The notes beneath the pieces are model-generated. The model saw only the letters and a list, made by a program, of their open reading frames with translations. It made no database searches and was not told where the DNA came from. The position numbers and the translations under genes were made by a program. This document shows, piece after piece, positions 1-9,262 of a stretch of DNA of 52,561 nt. Position 1 is the first letter of the stretch. Every line of letters starts with the position of its first letter. This stretch comes from Eisenibacter elegans DSM 3317 (lineage in GTDB: Bacteria; Bacteroidota; Bacteroidia; Cytophagales; Microscillaceae), in assembly GCF_000430505.1 (NCBI RefSeq), contig NZ_AUMD01000021.1, forward strand, positions 192,001-244,561, in the 5' to 3' direction.

Positions 1-66
1 AGCCAATAGACTAAAATCGTATTTGGGGCGTTAAAGGTAAAAGTTTCATATTAAACTACACACCTT

Positions 67-486
67 ATGAAAAACGCCCTATACACTACCGTCTTTTTGC
101 TGCTTTTTGCCTTCTTGTCTCCTACCTTGATGATGGCTCAGAACGCCAAATATCGTGGAGACGCTTTTTTGTTTGAAGGAGACAGCCAGAACCTGCTGCC
201 CTCGTCAGTGCCCAACCTAAAGTCTTTGTACAAATTTATGCGACGCAACCCCAGTGTACGCATTGAGTTGGCAGGGCATACCAATGGCCGGCACCGTGAA
301 TCGTCTTTAGAGCTGGCTTTGGCGCGTGCTGAGGTGGTACGTGCATATTTGATGAACAAAGGCATCAAGTACAACCGCGTAGAAGTAAAAACCTACGGAG
401 GCAAACATCCGCTCTACAAAAAACCCAACAACTCACAGGAGGAGGCGCTCAACCGAAGAGTAGAGGTCAAGATTTTGCAATACTGA
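67..486 (+). CDS. OmpA-family protein (OmpA C-terminal-like peptidoglycan-binding domain, signal peptide)
   Basis: 139 aa with an N-terminal hydrophobic signal (MKNALYTTVFLLLFAFLSPTLMMAQ). The C-terminal half matches OmpA_C-like motifs (RIELAGHTN, ALARAEVVRAYLM, NRRVEV). Confidence 0.65.
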   Translation: MKNALYTTVFLLLFAFLSPTLMMAQNAKYRGDAFLFEGDSQNLLPSSVPNLKSLYKFMRRNPSVRIELAGHTNGRHRESSLELALARAEVVRAYLMNKGIKYNRVEVKTYGGKHPLYKKPNNSQEEALNRRVEVKILQY

Positions 487-630
487 CACCCACGACACCT
501 TTTTGGTTTTGTCGTTCTTGTGCGTACTTTATCCCCTTGTTCTTGACATATATTTAACCGCAAAGGAGCATCCATATTTTGGGTTTTTTGGAAAATGCCC
601 AGTAGCGTGCAATACTGACTAACTGGTCTC

Positions 631-999
631 TTATTGCCCCAGCAAAAGCTGTTGGTACTCCTTTAGTTTTTCGCTCAGCGCCTGCTTGGTTTGCTCTAGC
701 TCGGCTATCTTTTCTGAGACAAGTTGGATTTTCTCTTTAAAGACCCTGATTTTTTCAGGCAAAGGAATCTGCCCATCTTTCCACTCCTGTAGCCGCAGTT
801 TGATTTCGCTCAGTGTAAAGCCAAATAGCTTTGCTTGCTTGATTAACAACAGCAGCGCAACAGCTTCCCGGTCGTAGTATCGGTAGTTGTTGCGCGTTTG
901 CCGATTGAGCGGGGGAGGCAACAAGCCGATTTTTTCGTAATACCGGATGGTGTCGGGGGTAAACCCTGTTTTTTGTGCCAATTCACTTATCTTCATAGT
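631..999 (-). CDS. MerR family transcriptional regulator
   Basis: The N-terminal HTH MKISELAQKTGFTPDTIRYYEKIGLL is classic MerR, and a C-terminal coiled-coil dimerisation region follows. The ORF track extends to 1035; I chose the MKISEL Met at 999, and Met 1008 is an alternative. Confidence 0.8.
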   Translation of the reverse strand, partial: TMKISELAQKTGFTPDTIRYYEKIGLLPPPLNRQTRNNYRYYDREAVALLLLIKQAKLFGFTLSEIKLRLQEWKDGQIPLPEKIRVFKEKIQLVSEKIAELEQTKQALSEKLKEYQQLLLGQ

Positions 1000-1033
1000 C
1001 TTGGTCATATCATATCTACAACGAAAATTAGCC

Positions 1034-1061
1034 AAACCTAGGGATTATTCAAACCTAGGAA
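1034..1061. promoter_or_regulatory. candidate operator: direct repeat of CAAACCTAGG(G/A)A containing the palindromic CCTAGG
   Basis: Two 12-nt copies lie 16 bp apart, at 1034-1045 and 1050-1061, in the MerR/SGNH divergent intergenic region. Confidence 0.25.
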
Positions 1062-1109
1062 TTAAATTAGCTCCACCAAACAGACACCAACAGTATTTTA
1101 GACACCAAA

Positions 1110-1958
1110 ATGCACGCACGATTTTCTGCATCCCCTCAAAAAACTCCGGTTCGACCGTCTTCGCCCAAGCCTTGGCATCCATTGAACGAAATTTGGTGGA
1201 TGTTGGCCTTGGCTTGGCTTGTGGTGGTTGGGTATGGGCTGATGCCTACTCCCATCCAAAACGACACGCTGGTTGTCAAACAAGCCAAAAGTAGGGCATT
1301 TGTAGGGTTGGACAATAGCGGCCAGACAGCCTTTGTCGTTGAGGTTGCTGGGAAGCACTTAGGCAATGTAGCCGCCGACTGTACACGCACCAAGACTCCC
1401 GAAAAACAGGCTGCCAACGAGCGTCCCAAAGTACCCAAAGGGGAAAAGCAACGCATCTTGATGATAGGCGACTCGATGGCAGGGCCGGCTGGCTTGGAAT
1501 ATGGGATGCAACAATATACCCTCTTCAATGGGCATACGCTCATTGTCAAGCACCAGTCTAGTTCTTCGACCCAGCTCTGGAGCCAAGAAAAGCGCGCCAA
1601 AGCGCTTATCGAAGCCCACCAGCCTAGCTTTGTGATTATTGCCTTAGGCTCTAACGAGCTTTTTGTCAGAGATTTGGAAGAACGCGCCTATTATATTCAC
1701 GATATTTTGGAGCAATTGGGCGACACCCCCTATATCTGGGTAGGGCCACCTAACTGGCGACCCGATACAGGAATCAACGAGTTGTTGGCCAAGATGATAG
1801 ACAAGCAGCGCTTTTTTAGCTCCCAAAGTCTCAAATTGCCCCGACAAGAAGACGGTATCCACCCCAATCTGGAAGGCAGCCGCCTTTGGGCAGACACCCT
1901 CACCGAATGGATTATGTACCAAAGTGCCTATCCGTTTACCCTTTATACCCCACAATAA
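1110..1958 (+). CDS. SGNH/GDSL-type hydrolase family protein (membrane-anchored)
   Basis: It has the GDS motif in ILMIGDSMAG, block III IIALGSNE and a C-terminal DGIHPN (DxxH catalytic block). A hydrophobic N-terminal segment MLALAWLVVVGYG suggests a signal anchor, so the real start may be the Met at about 1200. Confidence 0.65.
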   Translation: MHARFSASPQKTPVRPSSPKPWHPLNEIWWMLALAWLVVVGYGLMPTPIQNDTLVVKQAKSRAFVGLDNSGQTAFVVEVAGKHLGNVAADCTRTKTPEKQAANERPKVPKGEKQRILMIGDSMAGPAGLEYGMQQYTLFNGHTLIVKHQSSSSTQLWSQEKRAKALIEAHQPSFVIIALGSNELFVRDLEERAYYIHDILEQLGDTPYIWVGPPNWRPDTGINELLAKMIDKQRFFSSQSLKLPRQEDGIHPNLEGSRLWADTLTEWIMYQSAYPFTLYTPQ

Positions 1959-2002
1959 GGCAATGCTAAAATTTGGATAGGCAGTCTTGTCAGCCCAATG
2001 GA

Positions 2003-2599
2003 TTAGGCTAAGTTTTCGGTAGCCGCAGTATCTTCGAGTAGTTGGTGTACGATACGGGGCAAGTGTTGGTGTTCGAGGGTGGCAACACGCTCTGCGATGG
2101 TCTCAGGAGTGTCTTCGGCGCGGATAGGGCATTTGGCCTGAAAAATAATCTGCCCTTCGTCGTAGTTTTCATTGACATAATGAATCGTCATCCCGGTTTC
2201 GGTAGCGCCCGATTCCCAAACAGCCCTGTGGACGTTCATCCCATACATTCCTTTGCCCCCAAAATCAGGCAGTAGTGAAGGGTGTAGGTTGATGATACGG
2301 TTTTTGAAGGGTTCGAGCAAGTTTTGAGGCACTAGCCACAGGAAGCCTGCCAAGACAATAAGGTCTATTTCTAGCTCTTCTAGCTCCCGAACCAAAATAT
2401 CGGATTTGTAGAAAGTATCTCGGTCAAAGACCTGTGTCAGCACACCGTGTTGGCGAGCCTTTTCGAGCACGGGCGCATCGATTTTGTTGGAAAGTACCAA
2501 GGCCACCGTAACATCGGGCACTTGGCTGAAATAGGCCATCAGGTTTTGGGCATTACTACCTGTACCGGAGGCGAAAATGGCGATTTTCTTTGGTTTCAT
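2003..2599 (-). CDS. purN: phosphoribosylglycinamide formyltransferase
   Basis: 198 aa with MKPKKIAIFASGTGSNAQNL, LIVLAGFLWLVP and NLHPSLLPDFGGKGMYG. The family motifs and size are typical of PurN. Confidence 0.9.
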   Translation of the reverse strand: MKPKKIAIFASGTGSNAQNLMAYFSQVPDVTVALVLSNKIDAPVLEKARQHGVLTQVFDRDTFYKSDILVRELEELEIDLIVLAGFLWLVPQNLLEPFKNRIINLHPSLLPDFGGKGMYGMNVHRAVWESGATETGMTIHYVNENYDEGQIIFQAKCPIRAEDTPETIAERVATLEHQHLPRIVHQLLEDTAATENLA

Positions 2600-2680
2600 A
2601 AAAGGCTATCAACGGGGTACTCCCCGAAAAGTATCAGGGGAGGCGCGACTGTGCCGCGCTTCCGGGGGTAGATAAAGGAG

Positions 2681-3478
2681 CTATAGTTTTTTAATACCGG
2701 CGCGTTTGAGCGTAGCTTTGGCAAAATTTTTCAAGGTTTCTTTTACTGTCGTACCCACTTTCTTGACAGCAGTGTCTTCGGGCTTGGCCTTGAAAACAGT
2801 ATCGTGGTAGGAGGCTGCTCCTTCGCGTAGTTGGGTGTAGAAATACACATAAATCGACTTACGGGTGATGTGCTCGGGGACGGTGATTTTGGAGTAGCCG
2901 TGGTAAGAAATCTCACTGGTTTCAAAAATAACGGCTCTATTGAAGATAGGAGCGACTTTTTTCTCACAGCGTGTCATCTTAGCATCCCACATTTCGAGGT
3001 CTCCGCCATAGCTTTCGAGCCAGTCTTTGTTCATATAAATGAGCATATTGAGGCGGCGGTGAATGTCTTTTTCAGCGTGGATATTAAAATCGATGTGAAT
3101 ATCCAAAAAGCTACCATTGCTGCCTTGGTGGAGGCCTGTGCCGAGGTGGTCATCTGCAACAAAGACCTCTTCGATGCCCGTTACACGGCTCATCCAAGCG
3201 GCCATTTGCTCGCCCATAATCAGCTCGCGGGCTTGGCGGAAAACCTCCGGGAAATCGTCAAAATTAGCCCCTTCAGACTTCCGTTCGTTTAGCCCATTAT
3301 AGTGTTTTTTGAGCTTTTCGATTGATGGAAACTGGGCGTTGAGCGCCTCGGCAAAGTCTGCGGTCAAGAAATTATCCAAGACCAAGTGGCGGTAGGGTTG
3401 CGCTTGGTCAAATTGTTGGCGTAGTCGGGCTGTAGCTTCTACGCTGATATAGTCGGGGTTGATGTGTTGCTCAAACAT
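2681..3478 (-). CDS. 2OG-Fe(II) oxygenase superfamily protein
   Basis: It carries an HxD...H facial triad (LDIHIDFN ... ISYHGY) and a downstream R/K-x-S (RKSIYVYFY) consistent with 2-oxoglutarate binding. The C-terminal tail is lysine-rich. Confidence 0.55.
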   Translation of the reverse strand: MFEQHINPDYISVEATARLRQQFDQAQPYRHLVLDNFLTADFAEALNAQFPSIEKLKKHYNGLNERKSEGANFDDFPEVFRQARELIMGEQMAAWMSRVTGIEEVFVADDHLGTGLHQGSNGSFLDIHIDFNIHAEKDIHRRLNMLIYMNKDWLESYGGDLEMWDAKMTRCEKKVAPIFNRAVIFETSEISYHGYSKITVPEHITRKSIYVYFYTQLREGAASYHDTVFKAKPEDTAVKKVGTTVKETLKNFAKATLKRAGIKKL

Positions 3479-3593
3479 AGTATAGGGAAGATGAGTTTGA
3501 AGTAGACAAAAATATGCAATTTTTCAGCATTTGTGCGTATTTTGTGCCAAGATTCTTGTCAGCTGATTTTTATGTCCCTCAGAGATAAAGCTT

Positions 3594-4898
3594 ATGACCA
3601 CTAAACCCTCCATATTCCTCTTGGCTGCTACCCTTTTTTGGGTAGGGATGGCGGCCTGTACTCCTAAGATATTGCCCAATGAGCCCAGCCGGCAGCAAGT
3701 CAGCGCATCGCGTGCAACGGCCACACAGGGCGGCGGACAAGTAAAAGTCGCCGGTGGGAAGATAGACTGTAAGCACCGTGTGGTAGACAACCAAGGCCAC
3801 ATCAGGGTGATGTTGCAGCTCGAACTAACGCGTTTGGCCAACGACAAGGACGTAAAGCGCCTGATGGAAGAGTTCAACATCAGCTACGGAATTATCTCAG
3901 ATTATGACGAGCGGCAGTTTGTCCAGACCGGAGTGCTACAAATTACCGAGGCCAATGCCCGAAAAACAGGCCAGTACTTCTATGTGATGGCAGACATTCC
4001 CAAGCGTGAAGACCGCAATGAGGCGGTATTGCTGATTGAAATATTCGACAAACTCAGCACACAAAAAGGCTTGTACAACTTGCCGGTGAGGTTTCAGAAA
4101 CCGGAGTTGGAGGATATTTTTTATTGGGAAGATGCCGACTCAGGAGAGGCGCAGTTCCAGTCGTATTTCCGCACACAAAACCGCCTCAAAATCCGTGCGT
4201 TACACAACAACGCCCCCAATGTACTCACGGTTACTTATTATCAACAACCTTTTGGGCCGGCGGCCATTCCGATGGCCACCCAAGTACCGATGGAACGGTT
4301 GCCCGCCTTGGCCGACTCTACTTTTTCTATCCGTATTGGGCAACCACTGAGCTTCGCAAAGCCTGGTTTTTATCTAATTGACAACGCCGCCTATACTGGC
4401 GTAATCAGTGTCTATATTGCAGAAAATCGGTTTCCAAAATTGGCACAACTCCAAGACCTTGTACAGCCACTGCGCTATATCACCACCGAAGAGGAGTTTC
4501 AGCGCCTCCAAGTCTCTGCCGACACCAAGGAAGCCCTTGATTCACTCTGGCTCGAACTGATGGACAATAACTTGGCAAGAGCCAAGGCTACTATCAAGGC
4601 TTACTACCAAAGGGTAAAGTTTGCCAATGAATTTTTCACAGATTACAAACCCGGATGGCAAACCGATATGGGGATGATTTTCACTGTATTTGGCAGTCCA
4701 CAGAAAGTCAAAAAATTTAATGACAAAGAAATTTGGACTTACACACAAGAGAAAACCTTTTCGGAGACTAATTTTACCTTCCAAAAAACCCGGACTGTGT
4801 TTGGAAGAGAGGTTTTTGTATTGGTGCGTTATCCCGAATACGAACAAGTATGGTATGAAGCCATAGAGCGCTGGAGAGAAGGAAGGATAGGCTCTTAA
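3594..4898 (+). CDS. GWxTD domain-containing lipoprotein
   Basis: It has a lipoprotein signal (LLAATLFWVGMAAC) and the diagnostic C-terminal GWxTD motif, KPGWQTDMGMIFTVFGSPQKV. Confidence 0.8.
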   Translation: MTTKPSIFLLAATLFWVGMAACTPKILPNEPSRQQVSASRATATQGGGQVKVAGGKIDCKHRVVDNQGHIRVMLQLELTRLANDKDVKRLMEEFNISYGIISDYDERQFVQTGVLQITEANARKTGQYFYVMADIPKREDRNEAVLLIEIFDKLSTQKGLYNLPVRFQKPELEDIFYWEDADSGEAQFQSYFRTQNRLKIRALHNNAPNVLTVTYYQQPFGPAAIPMATQVPMERLPALADSTFSIRIGQPLSFAKPGFYLIDNAAYTGVISVYIAENRFPKLAQLQDLVQPLRYITTEEEFQRLQVSADTKEALDSLWLELMDNNLARAKATIKAYYQRVKFANEFFTDYKPGWQTDMGMIFTVFGSPQKVKKFNDKEIWTYTQEKTFSETNFTFQKTRTVFGREVFVLVRYPEYEQVWYEAIERWREGRIGS

Positions 4899-4950
4899 CG
4901 AATGCTTGGCTACCGTTAGCTGGTGCTCAATGCTTTGTGGGGGTGGCTTG

Positions 4951-4998
4951 AAAAAAGGCTTTTTTGTGTACCTTTGCAAAAAAGCCTTTTTTCTTTGT
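4951..4998 (+). terminator. rho-independent terminator / strong hairpin downstream of GWxTD gene
   Basis: Arms AAAAAAGGCTTTTTT (4951-4965) and AAAAAAGCCTTTTTT (4978-4992) are exact reverse complements (15 bp) around a 12-nt loop. The right arm ends in a T-run before CTTTGTTTG. Confidence 0.6.
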
Positions 4999-5014
4999 TT
5001 GACACATCTGCGAT

Positions 5015-7732
5015 ATGAGCGAAATTTCTAAAACCTACGACCCCAAGGACGTAGAAGCCAAGTGGTATCAGTATTGGATGGAGCATAAGCTTTTCCGCTC
5101 CACCCCCGACCCCAACAAAGAGCCGTATACCATCGTCATCCCGCCACCCAACGTAACGGGTGTGCTGCATATGGGGCATATGCTCAACAATACCATTCAG
5201 GACGTGCTCATCCGTCGTGCCCGTATGCAGGGTAAAAATGCCTGCTGGGTTCCCGGAACAGACCACGCCTCTATTGCCACAGAGGCCAAGGTCGTCGCGA
5301 TGTTGAAAGAACAAGGCATTGAGAAAAAAGACATCAGCCGTGAGCAGTTCCTCGAACACGCCTTTGCTTGGAAAGACAAATACGGAGGTATCATCCTAGA
5401 GCAGCTCAAAAAATTGGGCGCTTCTTGTGATTGGGATCGCACCCGCTTTACCATGGAAGAGGAACTGTCGAAGGCCGTTATCGATTCTTTTGTACAGCTA
5501 CACCGCAGAGGGTGGATTTACAAAGGCGTGCGGATGGTCAACTGGGACCCTCAGGGTAAAACAGCCCTCTCCGACGAAGAGGTGATTTTCAAAACCTCTA
5601 ACACCAAGATGGTGTACTTCAAATACCGGGCAGCGGATAACCCTGATGAGTTTTTAACGGTAGCTACCGTACGCCCCGAAACCATTCCGGGCGATGTGGC
5701 CGTGTGCGTAAACCCCAACGACGAGCGCTACCAGTCTTGGATAGGCCGCAAGGTATTGGTACCCTTGCTCGACCGTGAAGTGCCCGTAATTGCGGACGAA
5801 TACGTAGACCCTGAGTTTGGTACGGGTATTCTCAAAATCACCCCTGCCCACGATGTAAACGACTACAACATCGGCCAAAAATACAACCTACCTGCCATCG
5901 ATACCATCGCCGACGACGGCACAATGTCCGAAGCCGTAGGCATTGCCAAATACATCGGTCAAGACCGTTTCCGTGTGCGCAAGGCCATCATTCAGGATTT
6001 GGAAGAGGCCGGCCTGCTTGTCAAAGTAGAGGACTACAGCAACCAAGTAGGAACATCGGAACGTACCGGCGCGGTGATAGAGCCTAAGCTCTCGATGCAG
6101 TGGTGGCTCAAGATGGAAGACATCGCCCGCCCAGCGTTTGAAAATGTGATGAATGATACCATCCGCTTCTTTCCCGAGAAGTTTAAGAATATGTACCGCT
6201 CTTGGATGGAAAACCCCAAGGACTGGTGCATCTCTCGACAGCTTTGGTGGGGGCAGCAGATTCCGGCCTACTACGACGACCAAGGCAATATCTTCGTGGC
6301 CAATACCAAGGCCGAAGCCTATGCCGAGTACCAAGCCCTCTGCGCACAGGAAGGCCGTACGGCAATGCCTTTTGATGCCTTCCGCCAAGATGAAGACGTG
6401 CTCGATACTTGGTTTAGTTCTTGGCTATGGCCTATTTCGGTGTTTGATGGCTTCAAAGATCCCAACAATGCCGATATCCAATACTACTATCCTACGGCTG
6501 TATTGGTGACGGGCTTCGATATTATCTTCTTCTGGGTAGCACGGATGATTATGGCCGGCTATGCCTTCAAAGGAGAGCTACCTTTCAAAGATGTGTACTT
6601 TACCGGCCTCATTCGAGACAAAATGGGGCGAAAAATGTCTAAATCACTGGGTAACAGCCCTGACGCGCTGCGCTTGATAGACCTGTACAGCGCCGACGGG
6701 GTGCGCTTTGGTGTGTTGTTCAGCTCGGCAGCCGGCAATGACTTGCTCTTTGATACGGGTGTACCCAAATCACAAAAGCAGGAAGACATCACGGCTTTTA
6801 TGGAAGACCCTGAGTCCCACAACTCCAAGCTTTGTGAACAAGGCCGCAACTTTGCCAATAAAATTTGGAACTCTTACCGCTTGCTGAGCGGCTGGGAGGT
6901 AGACGAAAGCCTGCCTTTTGCCCACGCCCACAGCGTAGCTTGGTTGGAGGAGCGCCTGCAGCAGGCGCTAGCCGAGATAGACGACCACTTCAGTAAGTAC
7001 CGTATTTCAGATGCCTTGCAGGCTGTTTACAAACTCTTCTGGGATGACTTCTGCGCTTGGTATCTCGAGATCATCAAGCCGGAGTATGGCCAGCCCATCG
7101 ACCGTAGCACACTACAACATACCCTCGATTTCTTCGAGCGACTCTTGCAACTGACACACCCGTTTATGCCCTTCATCACCGAAGAGCTGTGGCAGCAAGT
7201 GCGCCCTCGTGCCGCCGGAGAGTCTATCTGTATTGCCCCTTACCCCGCTGCCACCCGCCCCGCTGACCAAGCCCGCATTCAGGCAATGGATCAGGCTTTT
7301 GAGATTGTGATTGGGGTACGGCAGGTACGCAACCAGAAAGAGATTGCCCCCAAAGTGCCGCTCAAGCTTTTTGCCAAGGCAGATACCTTGCAGAAATATA
7401 CCGAAGCTGCCTACATCATCCGTAAAATGGCCGTATTGGAAAGCTTTGACACGTGTGAGGCTCAGCCGGAGCAAACCGTCTCCTTCTTGGTCAAAGGAGA
7501 AGAGTTTTTTGTACACGTTGGCGATGCCATCGATTTGGACAAAGAGCGTGAAAAGCTGCAAAAAGAGCTGGAATATGCTCAAGGCTTCCGCGACAGCGTC
7601 CTCAAAAAACTTGGCAATGAGCGCTTTGTGGCCAATGCCAAACCCGACGTAGTGCAGAAAGAACGCGAAAAGCTGGCCGATGCCGAAGCCAACATCCAAG
7701 CCCTGAGCGAAGCCCTGAAGAAATTGGCTTAA
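5015..7732 (+). CDS. valS: valine--tRNA ligase
   Basis: 905 aa with class I HIGH (PPNVTGVLHMGHMLN) and KMSKS (KMSKSLGN) motifs, an editing domain and a C-terminal coiled coil. Confidence 0.95.
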   Translation: MSEISKTYDPKDVEAKWYQYWMEHKLFRSTPDPNKEPYTIVIPPPNVTGVLHMGHMLNNTIQDVLIRRARMQGKNACWVPGTDHASIATEAKVVAMLKEQGIEKKDISREQFLEHAFAWKDKYGGIILEQLKKLGASCDWDRTRFTMEEELSKAVIDSFVQLHRRGWIYKGVRMVNWDPQGKTALSDEEVIFKTSNTKMVYFKYRAADNPDEFLTVATVRPETIPGDVAVCVNPNDERYQSWIGRKVLVPLLDREVPVIADEYVDPEFGTGILKITPAHDVNDYNIGQKYNLPAIDTIADDGTMSEAVGIAKYIGQDRFRVRKAIIQDLEEAGLLVKVEDYSNQVGTSERTGAVIEPKLSMQWWLKMEDIARPAFENVMNDTIRFFPEKFKNMYRSWMENPKDWCISRQLWWGQQIPAYYDDQGNIFVANTKAEAYAEYQALCAQEGRTAMPFDAFRQDEDVLDTWFSSWLWPISVFDGFKDPNNADIQYYYPTAVLVTGFDIIFFWVARMIMAGYAFKGELPFKDVYFTGLIRDKMGRKMSKSLGNSPDALRLIDLYSADGVRFGVLFSSAAGNDLLFDTGVPKSQKQEDITAFMEDPESHNSKLCEQGRNFANKIWNSYRLLSGWEVDESLPFAHAHSVAWLEERLQQALAEIDDHFSKYRISDALQAVYKLFWDDFCAWYLEIIKPEYGQPIDRSTLQHTLDFFERLLQLTHPFMPFITEELWQQVRPRAAGESICIAPYPAATRPADQARIQAMDQAFEIVIGVRQVRNQKEIAPKVPLKLFAKADTLQKYTEAAYIIRKMAVLESFDTCEAQPEQTVSFLVKGEEFFVHVGDAIDLDKEREKLQKELEYAQGFRDSVLKKLGNERFVANAKPDVVQKEREKLADAEANIQALSEALKKLA

Positions 7733-7833
7733 GTTACCCCAAGGGCTATTTGAATGGAGAATCTACTGGATTTGATTTTCTTTATTGCTCCAACTAATTT
7801 TGGTTGGGCATAAAATAGCTTAGCGCAACAATA

Positions 7834-7874
7834 AAGCGCTGTATCGACACAGATACAGCGCTTTATCTTTTTTG
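7834..7874 (+). terminator. rho-independent terminator of valS
   Basis: Arms AAAGCGCTGTATC and GATACAGCGCTTT (13 bp, perfect) surround the loop GACACA and are followed by ATCTTTTTT. Confidence 0.8.
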
Positions 7875-7910
7875 TAGGAAGCCAATGATGGATTTCGAGG
7901 CCCGCAACTA

Positions 7911-9074
7911 TCACTTGGCAGGCTTGAGCGTAGCCAACTTAAAATCAGGTCGATAACGGATATAGATGCCGGCAGCGTGTTCAAAGAGCTGGTTGTTGAA
8001 ATCATAATAGGGCTCTAGGCGGAAGAGAAAATCTACCCCCCCATTGATATGTACTTCTTTGAGCAGACGCAAGAACAAGAGTTGCCGGTTTTGGGGCGCT
8101 TGCTCTGGGCTAAGCTCTGCAAAAGAACTATAGATTGCCCCTCCTTGGGCTGAGGCATAGCCTTCGGCATACCAATAGCTGAGCATAAACTCCCAGTTGC
8201 GGCGCGACACTACCGAAGCGTTGGCATAAGCTGCCCATCCGCTGATGGCCTCGTCTTCGGGGGTGTTTTGGATACGAAAAGAGCTGCCACTAAAGCTCAG
8301 ACCGTAGGCACTGAGACGCATTTGTGAGAGCCAAGCCCCACTGCGTAGCGGGCGGTAGGTATGTTGCCAGCCCAACGCCACATTGGCCGTATTGGTTACA
8401 GGATCTTCTTTGTTGGCTTGTATTTGACCTCCATAGTGCAAGACAGTCCCCTGTAAGACCAATTCATTTTGGTGGCGTGGCGCATCAAGCCACCGGTAGT
8501 GGGTATGCTGGCCTGCGAAGATAATTTCTTGAAAATCAGAGTCTACATAAATCATTCGCTGCCAGTCTACCCATAGGTCTGTATACCAGCGTCGGCTTCG
8601 ATGCTGGATTTGCATCCCGTCTTCGAGGCGTAGGTTGAGCAGGTTTTCAAAAGCATAAAGAGGCTCAATGAGCCGGTGTGTCAGGCCACCTTCGAGCATA
8701 CCCAAGGTGAGCGTTAGGCTGTCGGTCAGCGCAACTTTTACCGAAAATATAGGACTAACCAGCGTTGGATTGTCAGCGCCAAAGTCTTGCCTCAACAACA
8801 CTCCCCCTTCTAAACGCACCCGCTTGGAGGGGTAATATACCAAGCTGGGCGCTGCCTGCACCCCAAAATAAGTCCTTCCCAAGGTGATGGGATTAAAATA
8901 TTCGGTGTTGAGTACAAAAGGCAAGGCATCTAACCGGAGATACAACTCACGCGCACGCTCGGCCAACAAGGGTTTCTGGTCAGAGAGCGCTTCATTGCGC
9001 AACTGCGCCGCTAAGCCCCAAGGGAGCATCAAAAAGAGGATAAACAAACTACGAAATACAGACGAGGGAAGCAT
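7911..9074 (-). CDS. hypothetical secreted/outer-membrane protein
   Basis: 387 aa with an N-terminal signal peptide (MLPSSVFRSLFILFLMLPWGLAAQ). The sequence is aromatic-rich with alternating hydrophobic residues suggestive of a beta-barrel. I recognise no family. Confidence 0.4.
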   Translation of the reverse strand: MLPSSVFRSLFILFLMLPWGLAAQLRNEALSDQKPLLAERARELYLRLDALPFVLNTEYFNPITLGRTYFGVQAAPSLVYYPSKRVRLEGGVLLRQDFGADNPTLVSPIFSVKVALTDSLTLTLGMLEGGLTHRLIEPLYAFENLLNLRLEDGMQIQHRSRRWYTDLWVDWQRMIYVDSDFQEIIFAGQHTHYRWLDAPRHQNELVLQGTVLHYGGQIQANKEDPVTNTANVALGWQHTYRPLRSGAWLSQMRLSAYGLSFSGSSFRIQNTPEDEAISGWAAYANASVVSRRNWEFMLSYWYAEGYASAQGGAIYSSFAELSPEQAPQNRQLLFLRLLKEVHINGGVDFLFRLEPYYDFNNQLFEHAAGIYIRYRPDFKLATLKPAK

Positions 9075-9262
9075 AAAGAGAGGCGTTTGAAAGGTGGAGA
9101 CCTACAGATAAGACAGACGTAGACTGTAAAGCTATCAAATATAGCCTTCTGAGGCAACCCCACTAAAAAATCTAGGGAGCTTTCCTGCTTTTTGGCAGAA
9201 TAATGTCTAATTTAATGGCATCAAACAAACCACCCCCCAACGCTATTTCAAACAAGGATTGT

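Noticed and set aside
4542-5359. Two minus-strand ORFs (145 aa and 147 aa) spanning the GWxTD gene's 3' end, the terminator and the valS 5' end
   Set aside because: They overlap strongly supported plus-strand genes and a terminator hairpin and show no homology features.
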